The notes: generated by a model not told the origin, from the sequence alone. DNA of 22,372 nt from Parachlamydiales bacterium (GCA_050302075.1 JBNLAH010000009.1:1-22372), one strand, 5' to 3'. Shown: positions 7,794-17,637, counted from the stretch's first letter. Program-made: numbers and translations.

Positions 7794-8649
7794 AAGGTAT
7801 ATACCTGATCTCTTCGTTTAATAAATAACCTGTTTGCTCTTCTACTTTTGTTTTAACATATTCAATTAGATTAAGGACGTCATCAGAAGTTGCATTGCCT
7901 TCATTAATAATAAAGTTGGCATGCTTCTCTGAAACAACCGCACCTCCAAAGCGCTTATTCTTCAAACTACATTTATCAATTAGGTAAGCTGCAGGTACAT
8001 CCTTTTTAGGATTTTGAAAAACACACCCAGCGTTATAACTTGAATAGGGCTGGGTTTTTATTCTATAACTAGTTAATTCTTTTTGTAGTTTTTTTCCACC
8101 TTCCATTGATTTTAATTTAAAGGTAGCTTCTAAGACAATGCCTTTTTTCTTTTGCAAACTAGATCTACGATAAGAAAAGTCTAATCTATCTTTTTCTAAA
8201 GTTACTAATTCTAGCTCATCTGTTAAATAAACAATTTTCTCAAGCACATCTGATGTTTGATAACCATTAGCTCCAGCATTCATAAAAACTGCACCACCGA
8301 CTGTGGCTGGAATTCCTGCTGCAAACTCTAAACCAGTTAATCCAAGTTGGAGCAGTTTATGTGCCAGAAGTGGATATTTATAACCGGAACCTACAACTAC
8401 AAAATTATCTTTGATATTCAAATGGCTTATTTGGTTTAAAATAACTAACCCATCAAAACCTTTGCTGTCGATTAACATGTTTGAGCCTTTTCCGATAACT
8501 AAAAACTTCAGATTGTTTTTTTTAGCAAATCTTATGGCTGAAATTGCATCTTGGACAGCTTTAGCACAAATAAAATATCTAGCTGGCCCACCAATTTTGA
8601 ATGTAGTAAATTCTTTTAAAATGACATTAGCCTGAAGCTTGATCGGCAA
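7783..8649 (-). CDS. murB: UDP-N-acetylenolpyruvoylglucosamine reductase
   Basis: TTFKIGGPA, GKGSN, GIPATVGGAVFMNAGA, FSYRRS, AGCVFQNP, KHANFIIN. Confidence 0.97.
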   Translation of the reverse strand: MPIKLQANVILKEFTTFKIGGPARYFICAKAVQDAISAIRFAKKNNLKFLVIGKGSNMLIDSKGFDGLVILNQISHLNIKDNFVVVGSGYKYPLLAHKLLQLGLTGLEFAAGIPATVGGAVFMNAGANGYQTSDVLEKIVYLTDELELVTLEKDRLDFSYRRSSLQKKKGIVLEATFKLKSMEGGKKLQKELTSYRIKTQPYSSYNAGCVFQNPKKDVPAAYLIDKCSLKNKRFGGAVVSEKHANFIINEGNATSDDVLNLIEYVKTKVEEQTGYLLNEEIRYIPYGK

Positions 8650-9067
8650 GTTCGAACCCTTTCTTATAAATCGTATCTAAAACAGCGTTCACGAATTTAA
8701 CGCTATGAGGTGTGCTATATTTTTTTGCAAGCCTGATCCCTTCAGCTATTGATACTTTTTCAGGGATTGTTTCTTCATAAAGAAATTCATACAAAGCTAG
8801 CCGCAAAATATTTTTTTCAACATTTGAGATCCTCTCAAATGCATAATCAGAAGAAGTTTCTGCGATAATATAAGGATCAATCAATTCTATTTTTTTCTTG
8901 ATATGTTCAAATGAATCAAAACAAGACAGTGCGTTTTTTTTAGAAATTTTGTTTTCACTCATTATGAAAGAAATTAACTTATCCATATCCGAATCTAAGC
9001 AATTAAGATCATGACAATAAAGGAGTTGAAAAACTATTTCTCTAGATTTTTGTTTTGGCAAAGACAT
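8627..9067 (-). CDS. nusB: Transcription antitermination factor NusB
   Basis: KSREIVFQLLY, VEKNILRLALYE, EGIRLAKKYS, FVNAVLD. Confidence 0.96.
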   Translation of the reverse strand: MSLPKQKSREIVFQLLYCHDLNCLDSDMDKLISFIMSENKISKKNALSCFDSFEHIKKKIELIDPYIIAETSSDYAFERISNVEKNILRLALYEFLYEETIPEKVSIAEGIRLAKKYSTPHSVKFVNAVLDTIYKKGFELADQASG

Positions 9068-9133
9068 TTTTTAAAAACCAAAATTAAACACAATTGCCTA
9101 AGTTTAGCAGATAAGCGGCAAAAAAAGTAGTTA

Positions 9134-9604
9134 TTATTTTTCTAAACTAGATCTTAACATCCAAGCAGATTTTTCATGAAAAGCAATTCTTTTAATCAGC
9201 ATATCAGCGGTAATGTCATCATATTCATCTTGAGAGAGTCTAACTAGTTTTTTTGTTGCCTTTGCAATTTTTTCATGGTCAGCGATCAAGGCCCCAATCA
9301 TCTGATTTTGCTTTAAGGATTTCTTTTCTTCTTTAAGTTGGGTAAGCTTTTTGAACTCAGTAAAAGTAGCTGGAGCAAATTCACCAAGTGCTCGAATCCT
9401 CTCTGCTACTTCATCCACCGCCTCGGCCATATCTTCATATTGCTTTTCAAGCAAAATATGAAACGAATAAAAATTTGCTCCTACCAAGTTCCAATGAAAG
9501 TTCTGAGTTTTTAAATAAAGCATATACGAATCAGCTAGGAAGTGCTTTAATCCTTCAGAAATCTTCTTTCTACTACTTTTTTTTATTCCAGTATCGATTT
9601 CCAT
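9134..9604 (-). CDS. dps: DNA starvation/stationary-phase protection protein Dps
   Basis: KTQNFHWNLVG, FHILLE, DEVAERIRALG ferroxidase motifs, HEKSAWML. Confidence 0.96.
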   Translation of the reverse strand: MEIDTGIKKSSRKKISEGLKHFLADSYMLYLKTQNFHWNLVGANFYSFHILLEKQYEDMAEAVDEVAERIRALGEFAPATFTEFKKLTQLKEEKKSLKQNQMIGALIADHEKIAKATKKLVRLSQDEYDDITADMLIKRIAFHEKSAWMLRSSLEK

Positions 9605-9628
9605 CTCGTTTTCCTCTTGTTTATTTTC

Positions 9629-9692
9629 AAAGTATCAAAATTTACTGAATATGCAAGTAAAACTTGAACAATGCAACTTGGATTGATATTTT
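9629..9692. promoter_or_regulatory. Back-to-back candidate promoters for dps (-) and the exonuclease (+)
   Basis: (+) TTGAAC 9664-9669, 17 nt, TGn-TATTTT 9687-9692. (-) TTGCAT 9656-9651, 16 nt, TGn-TACTTT 9634-9629. Confidence 0.4.
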
Positions 9693-9722
9693 GAGTATTT
9701 ATTTTTCAAAAGGTGAAGTAAA

Positions 9723-10325
9723 GTGCTTGGTATTTTTTTGGACACAGAGACAAATGGACTAAACTTCTTGAAACATAGAATTTTAGAAATTGCGATTAAG
9801 ATTCACGATTTAAGTAGTAAACATGAATATGGTAGCTACGAGTCAAAAATTTTTATTTCTTTTGATGAATGGAAAGAAAGTGACCCAAATTCCCTTGCTG
9901 TCACAGGGTTTACATTTCAAGAAATTGAGAGAGGTAAAAAAATATCTAGGGTAAAAGATGAGATTATTCAACTGTTTCAATCAAACAATATCGGGAAAAA
10001 TAATTCAGTTTTTATCTGCCAGAACCCATCTTTTGATAGGGCTTTTTTTTCACAAATTATAAACCCAGATGAACAAGAAATACTAAGTTTGCCATATCAC
10101 TGGTTAGATTTAGCTTCAATGTTTTGGGCTATAAAAACAACAAGAGAGAAAAGTTTCGGATATAGCGAGGTCGACTTTTCAAAAGATCACATTGCAATTG
10201 ATTATAACATCGAACCTGAGCAAAAGCCTCATAGGGCTATGAATGGAGTCAGGCATTTGGTTAAATGTTATGAGGCTATTGTTGGTTTCCCTTTAACGAC
10301 TCACAACTCTTCTTTCATTCAATAA
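9723..10325 (+). CDS. DnaQ-like (DEDDh) 3'-5' exonuclease family protein (GTG start)
   Basis: ExoI FLDTETNG, ExoII QNPSFDRAF, ExoIII-like HRAMNG with the last Asp absent. Confidence 0.88.
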   Translation: MLGIFLDTETNGLNFLKHRILEIAIKIHDLSSKHEYGSYESKIFISFDEWKESDPNSLAVTGFTFQEIERGKKISRVKDEIIQLFQSNNIGKNNSVFICQNPSFDRAFFSQIINPDEQEILSLPYHWLDLASMFWAIKTTREKSFGYSEVDFSKDHIAIDYNIEPEQKPHRAMNGVRHLVKCYEAIVGFPLTTHNSSFIQ

Positions 10326-11350
10326 CTTGTATCAGTGATTTTAACTTTACCGCGAAAAATATGATATGCCCATGCTCCATAAGCAAATACAAGCGGAACC
10401 CCAATTGCAGCAATTGTTAATAAAACCTTTAATGTAAAGTCAGTTGATGATGAGTTAGAAACTGTTATGCTATAGTTCACAGGATCAATTGAAGATCGAA
10501 TGATATTTGGATACACTCCCCATAAAGCTGTCATCAATAAAAAGGCAATAGCCACACAAGAGAAGATAAAAGCATAGCCATCTCTTTCCTTTTTAACCAA
10601 GATAGGGATAATAATAATTGATATTAGCGCAACTATCGGAAAAACAAATAAAATTGGATATTTTAGCATAGGCTCAATCATAAAGGGCAAATGACGGATT
10701 GTTGTCACGGTAAGTGCTATGTAAAGTAATATAAAGATAATTATACTTGAATTAATCCACTTTCGTAGCCGTTTATGAAGTTCACCTTCAGTTTTCATAA
10801 AAAGAAAAATAGTTCCATGCATCGCCAAAATGGCGATTGCCGTAAAACCTACTAAAATTGAGTATGGATTTAATAGCTCAGAAATACTTGCCGAATATTC
10901 AAAAGACTCATCAATTGGTATTCCTTGAACTACATTTCCTAAAGTAAGGCCTATAGTAAAGGCAAAAATAATGCTGGCAAATGAAAATGCAAAGTCCCAA
11001 GTACCCCTCCAGAATTTACTTGGCTTTTTACTCCTAAACTCAATTGCAACTGCTCGGAAAATAATTGCTGCAATAAAGATCATAAAAAGATCATAAAATC
11101 CTGAAAATAAGCTTGCATAAGCCGCTGGGAAACCAGCAAAAAGCCCCCCCATGATAACAACTAGCCATACTTCATTTCCATCCCATACAGGACCTATAGA
11201 GTTTAAAAACACCCTTCTATCATTGTCAGTTTTTCCAAATAAATGGAGAATGCCCACTCCCAGGTCAAATCCATCTAAAACAGTGTACATGATCAAAGAT
11301 GCCCCCAAGACCATAAACCACAGAAGTTGCCATAAAGTCAAATTGTCCAT
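10319..11350 (-). CDS. cydB: Cytochrome bd ubiquinol oxidase subunit II
   Basis: LDGFDLGVG, IGPVWDGNEVWLV, FRAVAIEFR, multiple TM helices, FRGKV near the C-terminus. Confidence 0.98.
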   Translation of the reverse strand: MDNLTLWQLLWFMVLGASLIMYTVLDGFDLGVGILHLFGKTDNDRRVFLNSIGPVWDGNEVWLVVIMGGLFAGFPAAYASLFSGFYDLFMIFIAAIIFRAVAIEFRSKKPSKFWRGTWDFAFSFASIIFAFTIGLTLGNVVQGIPIDESFEYSASISELLNPYSILVGFTAIAILAMHGTIFLFMKTEGELHKRLRKWINSSIIIFILLYIALTVTTIRHLPFMIEPMLKYPILFVFPIVALISIIIIPILVKKERDGYAFIFSCVAIAFLLMTALWGVYPNIIRSSIDPVNYSITVSNSSSTDFTLKVLLTIAAIGVPLVFAYGAWAYHIFRGKVKITDTSY

Positions 11351-11356
11351 AATTTT

Positions 11357-12736
11357 TTAAGCTCCACTAGATTCTTCATATGGGTTTGTATAAACTTCAG
11401 CCGTATCCGGCTCTTTTTCATATTCTGTTGGTCCATGTTTTATCTTTCTGTCCAATAAAAATATAAACAAGCAGAATAAAAGGGCATATATAAAGGTAAA
11501 CATCATAAGTGAACCTATTACCTGGCTAGTAGAAATGTTCAAGGATACCCCTTGAGATGTTCTTAAAAGATTATAAACTATCCAAGGTTGCCTTCCCATT
11601 TCTGCAGAAAACCATCCAGCCTGCTGAGCGATATGAGGTATCACTACAGCGAACACTAAAGGCCATAAGAGCCACTTAGCATTCTCTAGTTTTTTTCTTT
11701 TTAGCTGTATCAGGGCTATAAGTGCCAGTGTAAACATAGCTCCCCATGCTAACACCATTATGTGATAAGTTTGAAAAACCACTCCCACATTGGGCCAGTC
11801 TTCTTTTGGAAACTGATCTAGTCCAGTGACTGGAGTTTTAAAATCTCGATAAGTTAAAAAGCTTAGTCCTCCAGGAATGGATATAGAATGAACTTTCTGA
11901 TTTTCAGCATCAACCCATCCTATGACTGATATTGGCGTATAAGGCTTTGTTTCAAAGGTTCCTTCAAATGCAGCAAGCTTTGCTGGTTGGTGCTTTGCAA
12001 CAAGCCTAGCACTAGAATCACCTGATATCAGCTGCATAATTAATGTTATCATAGCGACAAAAAGGCCTATCTTCATCATTGACCTGGCTACATCAATATG
12101 CCTTTGCTTAATGATATAATACGCGCTTACACTTATTACAAAAAAAGCACCGGTTACCCAGCAGGCAATCAAAACATGAATCAGTCTATCCATTGAAGAT
12201 GGATTAAAGACCATTTCAGAAAAACTTGAAATAACAGCCCTTGCATTTTCTCCTGTCCCCTCAATTTTATATCCTGCCGGTGTCTGCATCCATGAGTTTG
12301 CCACAACAATCCAAACCGCACTAAAGTGAGCTCCCAAAGAAACACAAATCGTTGCAAAATAATGAATGCCAGGTTTAATTCGATCCCAACCGAATAACAA
12401 AATGCCTAAAAATCCCGACTCTAAGAAAAAAGCAAAAATTCCCTCTGCTGCAAGCGCGCTCCCAAAAACATCTCCAACAAACTTTGAGTACCTAGCCCAA
12501 TTTGTCCCAAAAGCAAAGGTCTGCACTATTCCAGTTGCAACTCCAACCGCAAATACAAGTGCAAATATTTTGATCCAAAACTGAGTCATTGCTTTATATT
12601 TTGGATTCTTTGTTTTTAAATAGAGTCCTTCCATTATAACTAGCATTAGACCAAGTCCAATGCTTATTGGAGGAAATAGATAGTGAAAAGAAACATTCAA
12701 AGCAAATTGTATTCTAGATAAAATCAGAGGATCCAT
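11357..12736 (-). CDS. cydA: Cytochrome bd ubiquinol oxidase subunit I (short Q-loop type)
   Basis: LSRIQFA...[42 protein letters not shown]. Start set at ATG 12736 (MDPLILSR) rather than the TTG at 12775. Confidence 0.97.
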   Translation of the reverse strand: MDPLILSRIQFALNVSFHYLFPPISIGLGLMLVIMEGLYLKTKNPKYKAMTQFWIKIFALVFAVGVATGIVQTFAFGTNWARYSKFVGDVFGSALAAEGIFAFFLESGFLGILLFGWDRIKPGIHYFATICVSLGAHFSAVWIVVANSWMQTPAGYKIEGTGENARAVISSFSEMVFNPSSMDRLIHVLIACWVTGAFFVISVSAYYIIKQRHIDVARSMMKIGLFVAMITLIMQLISGDSSARLVAKHQPAKLAAFEGTFETKPYTPISVIGWVDAENQKVHSISIPGGLSFLTYRDFKTPVTGLDQFPKEDWPNVGVVFQTYHIMVLAWGAMFTLALIALIQLKRKKLENAKWLLWPLVFAVVIPHIAQQAGWFSAEMGRQPWIVYNLLRTSQGVSLNISTSQVIGSLMMFTFIYALLFCLFIFLLDRKIKHGPTEYEKEPDTAEVYTNPYEESSGA

Positions 12737-12765
12737 GCTCAAACCAAGTTGTTGTGACTCAAGTG

Positions 12766-12794
12766 ATCGTGACAATATTTTAATTTTTAGTCAA
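12766..12794 (-). promoter_or_regulatory. Candidate cydAB promoter
   Basis: TTGACT (12794-12789), 17 nt, TGn-CACGAT (12771-12766), about 30 nt upstream of ATG 12736. Confidence 0.35.
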
Positions 12795-13054
12795 CAAAAC
12801 AAAAGATTTTAGCTGACAATACCTTACAGTTTAAGGATGGAAAAGATAAGGCTATCAGAGTTTTTAGAATGTGGTATTTTATTGATCGAGATCCCAGCTA
12901 GATAGCATTATCTTCTTGTATAGAAGAAGACTCGCCAAGTTATTCTACCTTAATTATTTAACAATTTAAGTTAATAAATTACAAAATATATCAATAAATT
13001 TATTTTTAATTAAATCGTTTATTATCTATAATTAACTACAATAAAAGTTGATTT

Positions 13055-13471
13055 ATGAAAACAGCAAATATTTTTAAAAATTTACAATCGGTTAACTTTT
13101 TCACCAGTTATAGCAAATGGGCAAATAATCTAAATGCTACAGATTATAAGCTAGTGAATAAGTCATTAAAAATTGCAGCTCTTGCTTTGTCTATATTTGT
13201 GCTTATAGGTAGTGTTTTTATTTTTGTATTTAAAGACATACCTATGCTCATTAAAGAAGCTTATAATTCATTAGCTAAAAATGAATCAAATGGAGCTCAA
13301 ATTCTAAAACCCCTTTTTGTTATAGGAGCCGGATTTTTAGCCTATAATGCCTATGAATCTATCCTTAATAAAATTAACTATATTAAAAAAAATGCCCTAG
13401 CAGCTGGTACTATAACTTTATTAGTAGGAGTCGGAGTCAGCGCTTATTCAATGGGATATTTACACATATAA
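13055..13471 (+). CDS. Hypothetical membrane protein (138 aa, about 3 hydrophobic segments)
   Basis: Isolated ATG ORF in AT-rich flanks with TATAAT at 13027-13032. Hydrophobic stretches IAALALSIFVLIGSVFIFVF, LFVIGAGFLAY, ALAAGTITLLVGVGVSAY. Confidence 0.75.
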   Translation: MKTANIFKNLQSVNFFTSYSKWANNLNATDYKLVNKSLKIAALALSIFVLIGSVFIFVFKDIPMLIKEAYNSLAKNESNGAQILKPLFVIGAGFLAYNAYESILNKINYIKKNALAAGTITLLVGVGVSAYSMGYLHI

Positions 13472-13603
13472 TTAAAATCAATTATAGCTCTTTTTTTTAA
13501 GTTTTTATAGCCTCCCAAAAACCCTAGTTGATATAAAAAGATAATAATTTTCAGAAATTAACTTGGTTTCATTTAAAAATTAATTTCAACTCAGTTAAAA
13601 CTC

Positions 13604-13632
13604 TTGATTGCTTAATATTATTTAGATATAAA
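13604..13632 (+). promoter_or_regulatory. Candidate promoter of the folP-dacA-ybbR-GT4-lpxL-rsmE operon
   Basis: TTGATT (13604-13609), 17 nt, TATAAA (13627-13632); AAGGA SD before ATG 13663. Confidence 0.4.
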
Positions 13633-13662
13633 GCCTTTCCTTAATTTAACTTAAGGAATTGA

Positions 13663-14457
13663 ATGAACAAATTTTCTTTAATGGGGATCTTAAATGTTAC
13701 GCCAGACTCATTCTTCGATGGCGGAAAATACCTTTCTACAGAAAGTATAGAAAAACGTATAGACCACATGATAGATAATAAAGTAGATATTATTGATGTT
13801 GGAGCTGAATCAACAAGGCCCGGCTCTGATCGCATTTCTACCGAAGAGGAAATTAAAAGACTAACTCCAGCTCTTGAAATTCTCAAAAATAAAAAAGCTT
13901 TTTTTTCAATTGACACAATGAATCCGAGAAGCGCTTCTTTCGCACTAGAAATGGGTGCTTCAATAATTAATGATGTGAGTGGTTTTTCAGACCCTGAAAT
14001 GATAAAGCTTTCAGTTCAAGCTCAATGCCAAGTTTGTGTCATGCACATGCAAAAAAACCCAAAATCAATGCAGGAAAGCCCCTATTATCCCAATGGGATA
14101 ATGCCTGCATTAATAGACTTTTTTAATCAAAAAATTGAGCAACTAACTAATAGTGGGATCAAAAAATCTAATATTATTATTGACCCCGGAATTGGATTTG
14201 GAAAGACTGTTCAACATAACTTGGATATCTTTAAAAAACTAGCTGAATTAAAACAATTTGGTTGTAAAATACTTGTCGGTGCATCGCGGAAATCTTTTAT
14301 GAGAAAAATTATCGGAAAAAATGCACAAGAACTATTGCCAGCAACTCTTGTGATGAATACAATAGCCCTGTTGGGGGGAGCTGATATTATTAGGGTTCAC
14401 GATGTATCTGAGCATTCAGATCTTGTAAATCTAATCTCCCGTTATAATTCAGGATAA
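13663..14457 (+). CDS. folP: Dihydropteroate synthase
   Basis: MGILNVTPDSFFDGG, DVGAESTRPG, SIDT, INDVSG, DPGIGFGK, GASRKSF, RVHDV. Confidence 0.98.
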   Translation: MNKFSLMGILNVTPDSFFDGGKYLSTESIEKRIDHMIDNKVDIIDVGAESTRPGSDRISTEEEIKRLTPALEILKNKKAFFSIDTMNPRSASFALEMGASIINDVSGFSDPEMIKLSVQAQCQVCVMHMQKNPKSMQESPYYPNGIMPALIDFFNQKIEQLTNSGIKKSNIIIDPGIGFGKTVQHNLDIFKKLAELKQFGCKILVGASRKSFMRKIIGKNAQELLPATLVMNTIALLGGADIIRVHDVSEHSDLVNLISRYNSG

Positions 14458-14460
14458 TTA

Positions 14461-15258
14461 ATGATATATTTTTACCCTTTTATTCCATTTATTGAAGTGA
14501 TGATTCTTACAATCATCTTAAACTATTTCTTGTCTTTTTTTTGGAATACTAAATCAATGGATTTAGTTTGGGGTATTTTTGCTTTTTTACTGTTGTTTGC
14601 TGCATCAAACTGGTTAAAACTCCCAGTTTTGCATAAAATTATGGTCTTAATGAGCAACGTAGCAGTTATTGCGCTTATAGTGATATTTCAACCCGAGCTT
14701 AGGGTTGCTTTATCTAAGTTAAGCTTAAAAGGAAGACGTTATAAAGAGATCACGGAATTCGATAAATTTCTAGATCAGTTGGCAAACTCTACCTATAGAT
14801 TAGCCGAAAAACGCATTGGAGCTTTAATCGCAATTGAAAATGAGGACTCTTTAGATGAGTTTGCGCAAAAGGCAGTAATACTAAATGCTGATTTTTCATC
14901 AGAATTATTAGAAACCGTGTTTGCTACAACAACTCCCCTGCATGATGGAGCTGTGATTGTTAGAGATAGAACAGTTTTAGCAGCAGCTGTAATATTACCA
15001 CTAGCAGAAGATACTTCACAGCTTGCCAAATCAATGGGAACTCGTCACAGAGCAGGACTTGGACTTTCCCACTTAACTGATGCCCTAGTTGTTGTAATTT
15101 CTGAAGAAACCGGAAAAGTATCTATTGCAAGAGAAGGGATAATGACACGTGGAGTTAAAATAGATCGGTTCAAAGGAATTGTCCGTAGTATATTCAACCC
15201 ACCATCTCGAATGAAATTACAACCAAAATTTAGTTTTAAGGAATGGATTAAGCAATGA
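14461..15258 (+). CDS. dacA: Diadenylate cyclase (c-di-AMP synthase), CdaA/DacA type
   Basis: N-terminal TM segments, VIFQPELR, IGALIAIE, catalytic LHDGA and GTRHRAG, SEETGKVS. Confidence 0.96.
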   Translation: MIYFYPFIPFIEVMILTIILNYFLSFFWNTKSMDLVWGIFAFLLLFAASNWLKLPVLHKIMVLMSNVAVIALIVIFQPELRVALSKLSLKGRRYKEITEFDKFLDQLANSTYRLAEKRIGALIAIENEDSLDEFAQKAVILNADFSSELLETVFATTTPLHDGAVIVRDRTVLAAAVILPLAEDTSQLAKSMGTRHRAGLGLSHLTDALVVVISEETGKVSIAREGIMTRGVKIDRFKGIVRSIFNPPSRMKLQPKFSFKEWIKQ

Positions 15259-16550
15259 AAACCTTACTTAGAAGGCTATTTATTAACAACTGGCAAAGAA
15301 AATTAGTATCTTTAATTATTGCTGTAATCATTTGGCTAGTAGTTAATTATTCTTTGACTGTTAATAAAACTGTCCATGATGTATCGGTAAGGGTAATGAA
15401 CATCCCAAAGGGAAAAGCAGTTGAAGGTTTGCAAAGTAATGGTTTTTTGAACAAGAAAATATCGTTAAACCTATCGGGAAATAAAAGGTTAATTGAGCAA
15501 CTTAACTCTTCTAACTTAGAAATTGTAATTGATGCAGCGGAAAAAGACTCTGAGTGGATTGCCACAATATCAAAGGAAAACTTATTTTGTAGAAATCCAA
15601 ATATTAGTTTAGTTAGAGGTCTAAGAAGAGTTAGTGAAGTAGATTTAATTTTAAGATTAAGCAAACTAGTTAAAGAGCGAATTCCAATAATAGTGACAGA
15701 GCCTATCGGAGAAGCTCCTAAAGGCTATCAGTTTAATGACGTCTTCCCCTATCACTTGTATATGACGATCCAAGGACCGGAAGATGTTGTTAAGAGACTA
15801 AAATCAAAAGGAATTAAACTAACATTCAATTTGAATGAAATAACTAAGAATGATTTAGATCATTTACAATTAAACCCAGACGCCATAAGAATAGATGAAG
15901 TAAGTTACTTAGTTCCTGATAGGTGGAAAAAAATAATACTTCCATCTTTAACTAATAAGCCTGTGTTAATAGATGACCCAAAGGCAAAAACGCTCAGAAT
16001 TGACTTTCTTAAAACAGATCTAATTCCTTTAAATACAGCTATTCCAATTAATGTATATTATCCTGAAAAGCACTCTGTTAAGATCAATCCAAACACTTAC
16101 AAGTTAAAAGCAAATAACTTCATTAAAGATGTAAATGGAGTTATGGTTATTGATCAACCTTTATATGTGAAGGGCGTTAGTAAGATATTTTTAGATATTG
16201 TTAAAGATAGAATACAAATAGTCTCTGTGGCGGCTCCAAGAAGTGAAAGAAAATATTTGCTATGGAATGTCCAATTTATTTATCCACATGACCTTGAGAA
16301 TCGCTATATAGCAAAAGTATTAGCACAAAAATCACATGAAGTAAACACTCTATCCCCAAAGCTTAGGGAGGAATACCTAAGAAATAGATTTAGAAATTAT
16401 ATGAGCCGGTTTCGACTCTACACAGCAGATAATGAAAAGCTAACATTAAAAATTGAGCTTAGCTCTAAAGCTATTGACATACAACCTGTAAATTTATCTT
16501 TAATTACGAATAATGAAAATAACAATTCTAAAAAGCTCGCTAAATCGTAA
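15255..16550 (+). CDS. ybbR: YbbR/CdaR-family diadenylate cyclase regulator, chlamydial type
   Basis: NNWQRKLVSLIIAVIIWLVV N-terminal anchor typical of CdaR; beta-rich repeats (GEAPKGY...IQGPE); ATGA overlap with dacA. Confidence 0.85.
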   Translation: MKTLLRRLFINNWQRKLVSLIIAVIIWLVVNYSLTVNKTVHDVSVRVMNIPKGKAVEGLQSNGFLNKKISLNLSGNKRLIEQLNSSNLEIVIDAAEKDSEWIATISKENLFCRNPNISLVRGLRRVSEVDLILRLSKLVKERIPIIVTEPIGEAPKGYQFNDVFPYHLYMTIQGPEDVVKRLKSKGIKLTFNLNEITKNDLDHLQLNPDAIRIDEVSYLVPDRWKKIILPSLTNKPVLIDDPKAKTLRIDFLKTDLIPLNTAIPINVYYPEKHSVKINPNTYKLKANNFIKDVNGVMVIDQPLYVKGVSKIFLDIVKDRIQIVSVAAPRSERKYLLWNVQFIYPHDLENRYIAKVLAQKSHEVNTLSPKLREEYLRNRFRNYMSRFRLYTADNEKLTLKIELSSKAIDIQPVNLSLITNNENNNSKKLAKS

Positions 16551-17637
16551 TGGTGGACTAGAAAAAAATGTCTGGCATATAGCTGATGCCTTTTCAAAAA
16601 AAGGACATAAAGTAAAAATACTGACAACTAATTGTGAATACAGATCTTCGAAGTTTGAGATTGTATCATTTAAGACACCTAAAGCTGGTTTAAGTTTTCA
16701 AAAAATTCTCCGCTTTGATAAAGACTGCAGTAACTATCTAGCTAAAAACCCCTCAGATATAATTTTTGGGATGGACCGTAACTCTAGCCAAACCCACATA
16801 AGAGCCGGAAACGGGGTTCATCAAGCTTATCTAGATATTAGAAAAAATGAATCAAGCTTTCTAAAAAAAATCTCATTTTCATTCAATCCCCTGCATCGAT
16901 GTATTTTAAATATAGAGAAAAGAGCTTTTGAAGATAAAGACCTTAAAGTTTTATTTGTAAATTCAAATATGGTCAAAGAGCAGATTAAGCATTACTACTC
17001 TACGGATCCTAAAAAAATCAAGGTCATCCACAATGGGGTTCAATGGAAAGCATATGCTGATTTTTTTAATGACAGCTTCATAAAAAAAGACCTGCTTGAA
17101 AAAAAGCTAAATATTCCAAAAAACACCTTAAAGCTTTTTTTTGCTGGTAATGGATACAAAAGAAAAGGACTTAAAAATTTATTAGAGGCTTTGTCATTTT
17201 TTAAAGAAAAAAATATATGTTTATTTATTGCAGGTAAAGACAAAAACATTGTAAATTACCAAAAACTAGCATTGAAGTTAGGAATTCAAGACAAAGTATT
17301 TTTTCTTGGATCTATCTCAGATTTAACTTCGTATTATCAATTATGCGATATTTTTGTACTACCAACAATGTATGATCCATTTGCAAATGTCATACTAGAG
17401 GCGCTAAGTATGGGACTTTTTGTTATTACAACAAAAAATAATGGGGCATCGGAAATTTTAAGTAAATCTCAGGGAATCACGCTAGAGGATAGCTTAGATG
17501 TTGATGCATTAAAAAAGGCAATTGAAGCTGTCTTAACTCGATTTAAAACTTTCGAAAATGCAAAGGAAATTAGAAATTCAGTTTCTAACTATGATTATAG
17601 TATGCAATTAGAGAAAATGTTGCAGGCATGCGTATAA
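16513..17637 (+). CDS. Glycosyltransferase family 4, LPS-core type (WabG/WaaG-like)
   Basis: NGGLEK, HIRAGNGVH, NSNMVK, IHNGV, GNGYKRKGL, PTMYDPFANVILEALSMG; directly upstream of lpxL. Confidence 0.9.
   Translation: MKITILKSSLNRNGGLEKNVWHIADAFSKKGHKVKILTTNCEYRSSKFEIVSFKTPKAGLSFQKILRFDKDCSNYLAKNPSDIIFGMDRNSSQTHIRAGNGVHQAYLDIRKNESSFLKKISFSFNPLHRCILNIEKRAFEDKDLKVLFVNSNMVKEQIKHYYSTDPKKIKVIHNGVQWKAYADFFNDSFIKKDLLEKKLNIPKNTLKLFFAGNGYKRKGLKNLLEALSFFKEKNICLFIAGKDKNIVNYQKLALKLGIQDKVFFLGSISDLTSYYQLCDIFVLPTMYDPFANVILEALSMGLFVITTKNNGASEILSKSQGITLEDSLDVDALKKAIEAVLTRFKTFENAKEIRNSVSNYDYSMQLEKMLQACV

Noticed and set aside
8023..8025. MurB catalytic Ser replaced by Cys (AGCVFQNP)
   Set aside because: This is a known functional variant in chlamydial MurB, not a sign of inactivation.
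12737..12775. 13-aa N-terminal extension of CydA from TTG 12775
   Set aside because: CydA homology starts at MDPLILSR, and a candidate -10 box overlaps the extension.
12752..12775. TTGTGAC-N10-GTGACAA upstream of cydA as a Rex or FNR box
   Set aside because: The palindrome is imperfect and the spacing fits neither Rex (TTGTGAA-N4-TTCACAA) nor FNR (TTGAT-N4-ATCAA).
12808..12960. Coding-like stretch between cydA and the 13055 ORF as a pseudogene remnant
   Set aside because: Only about 30-codon open segments with no recognisable homology; cannot be supported without a search.
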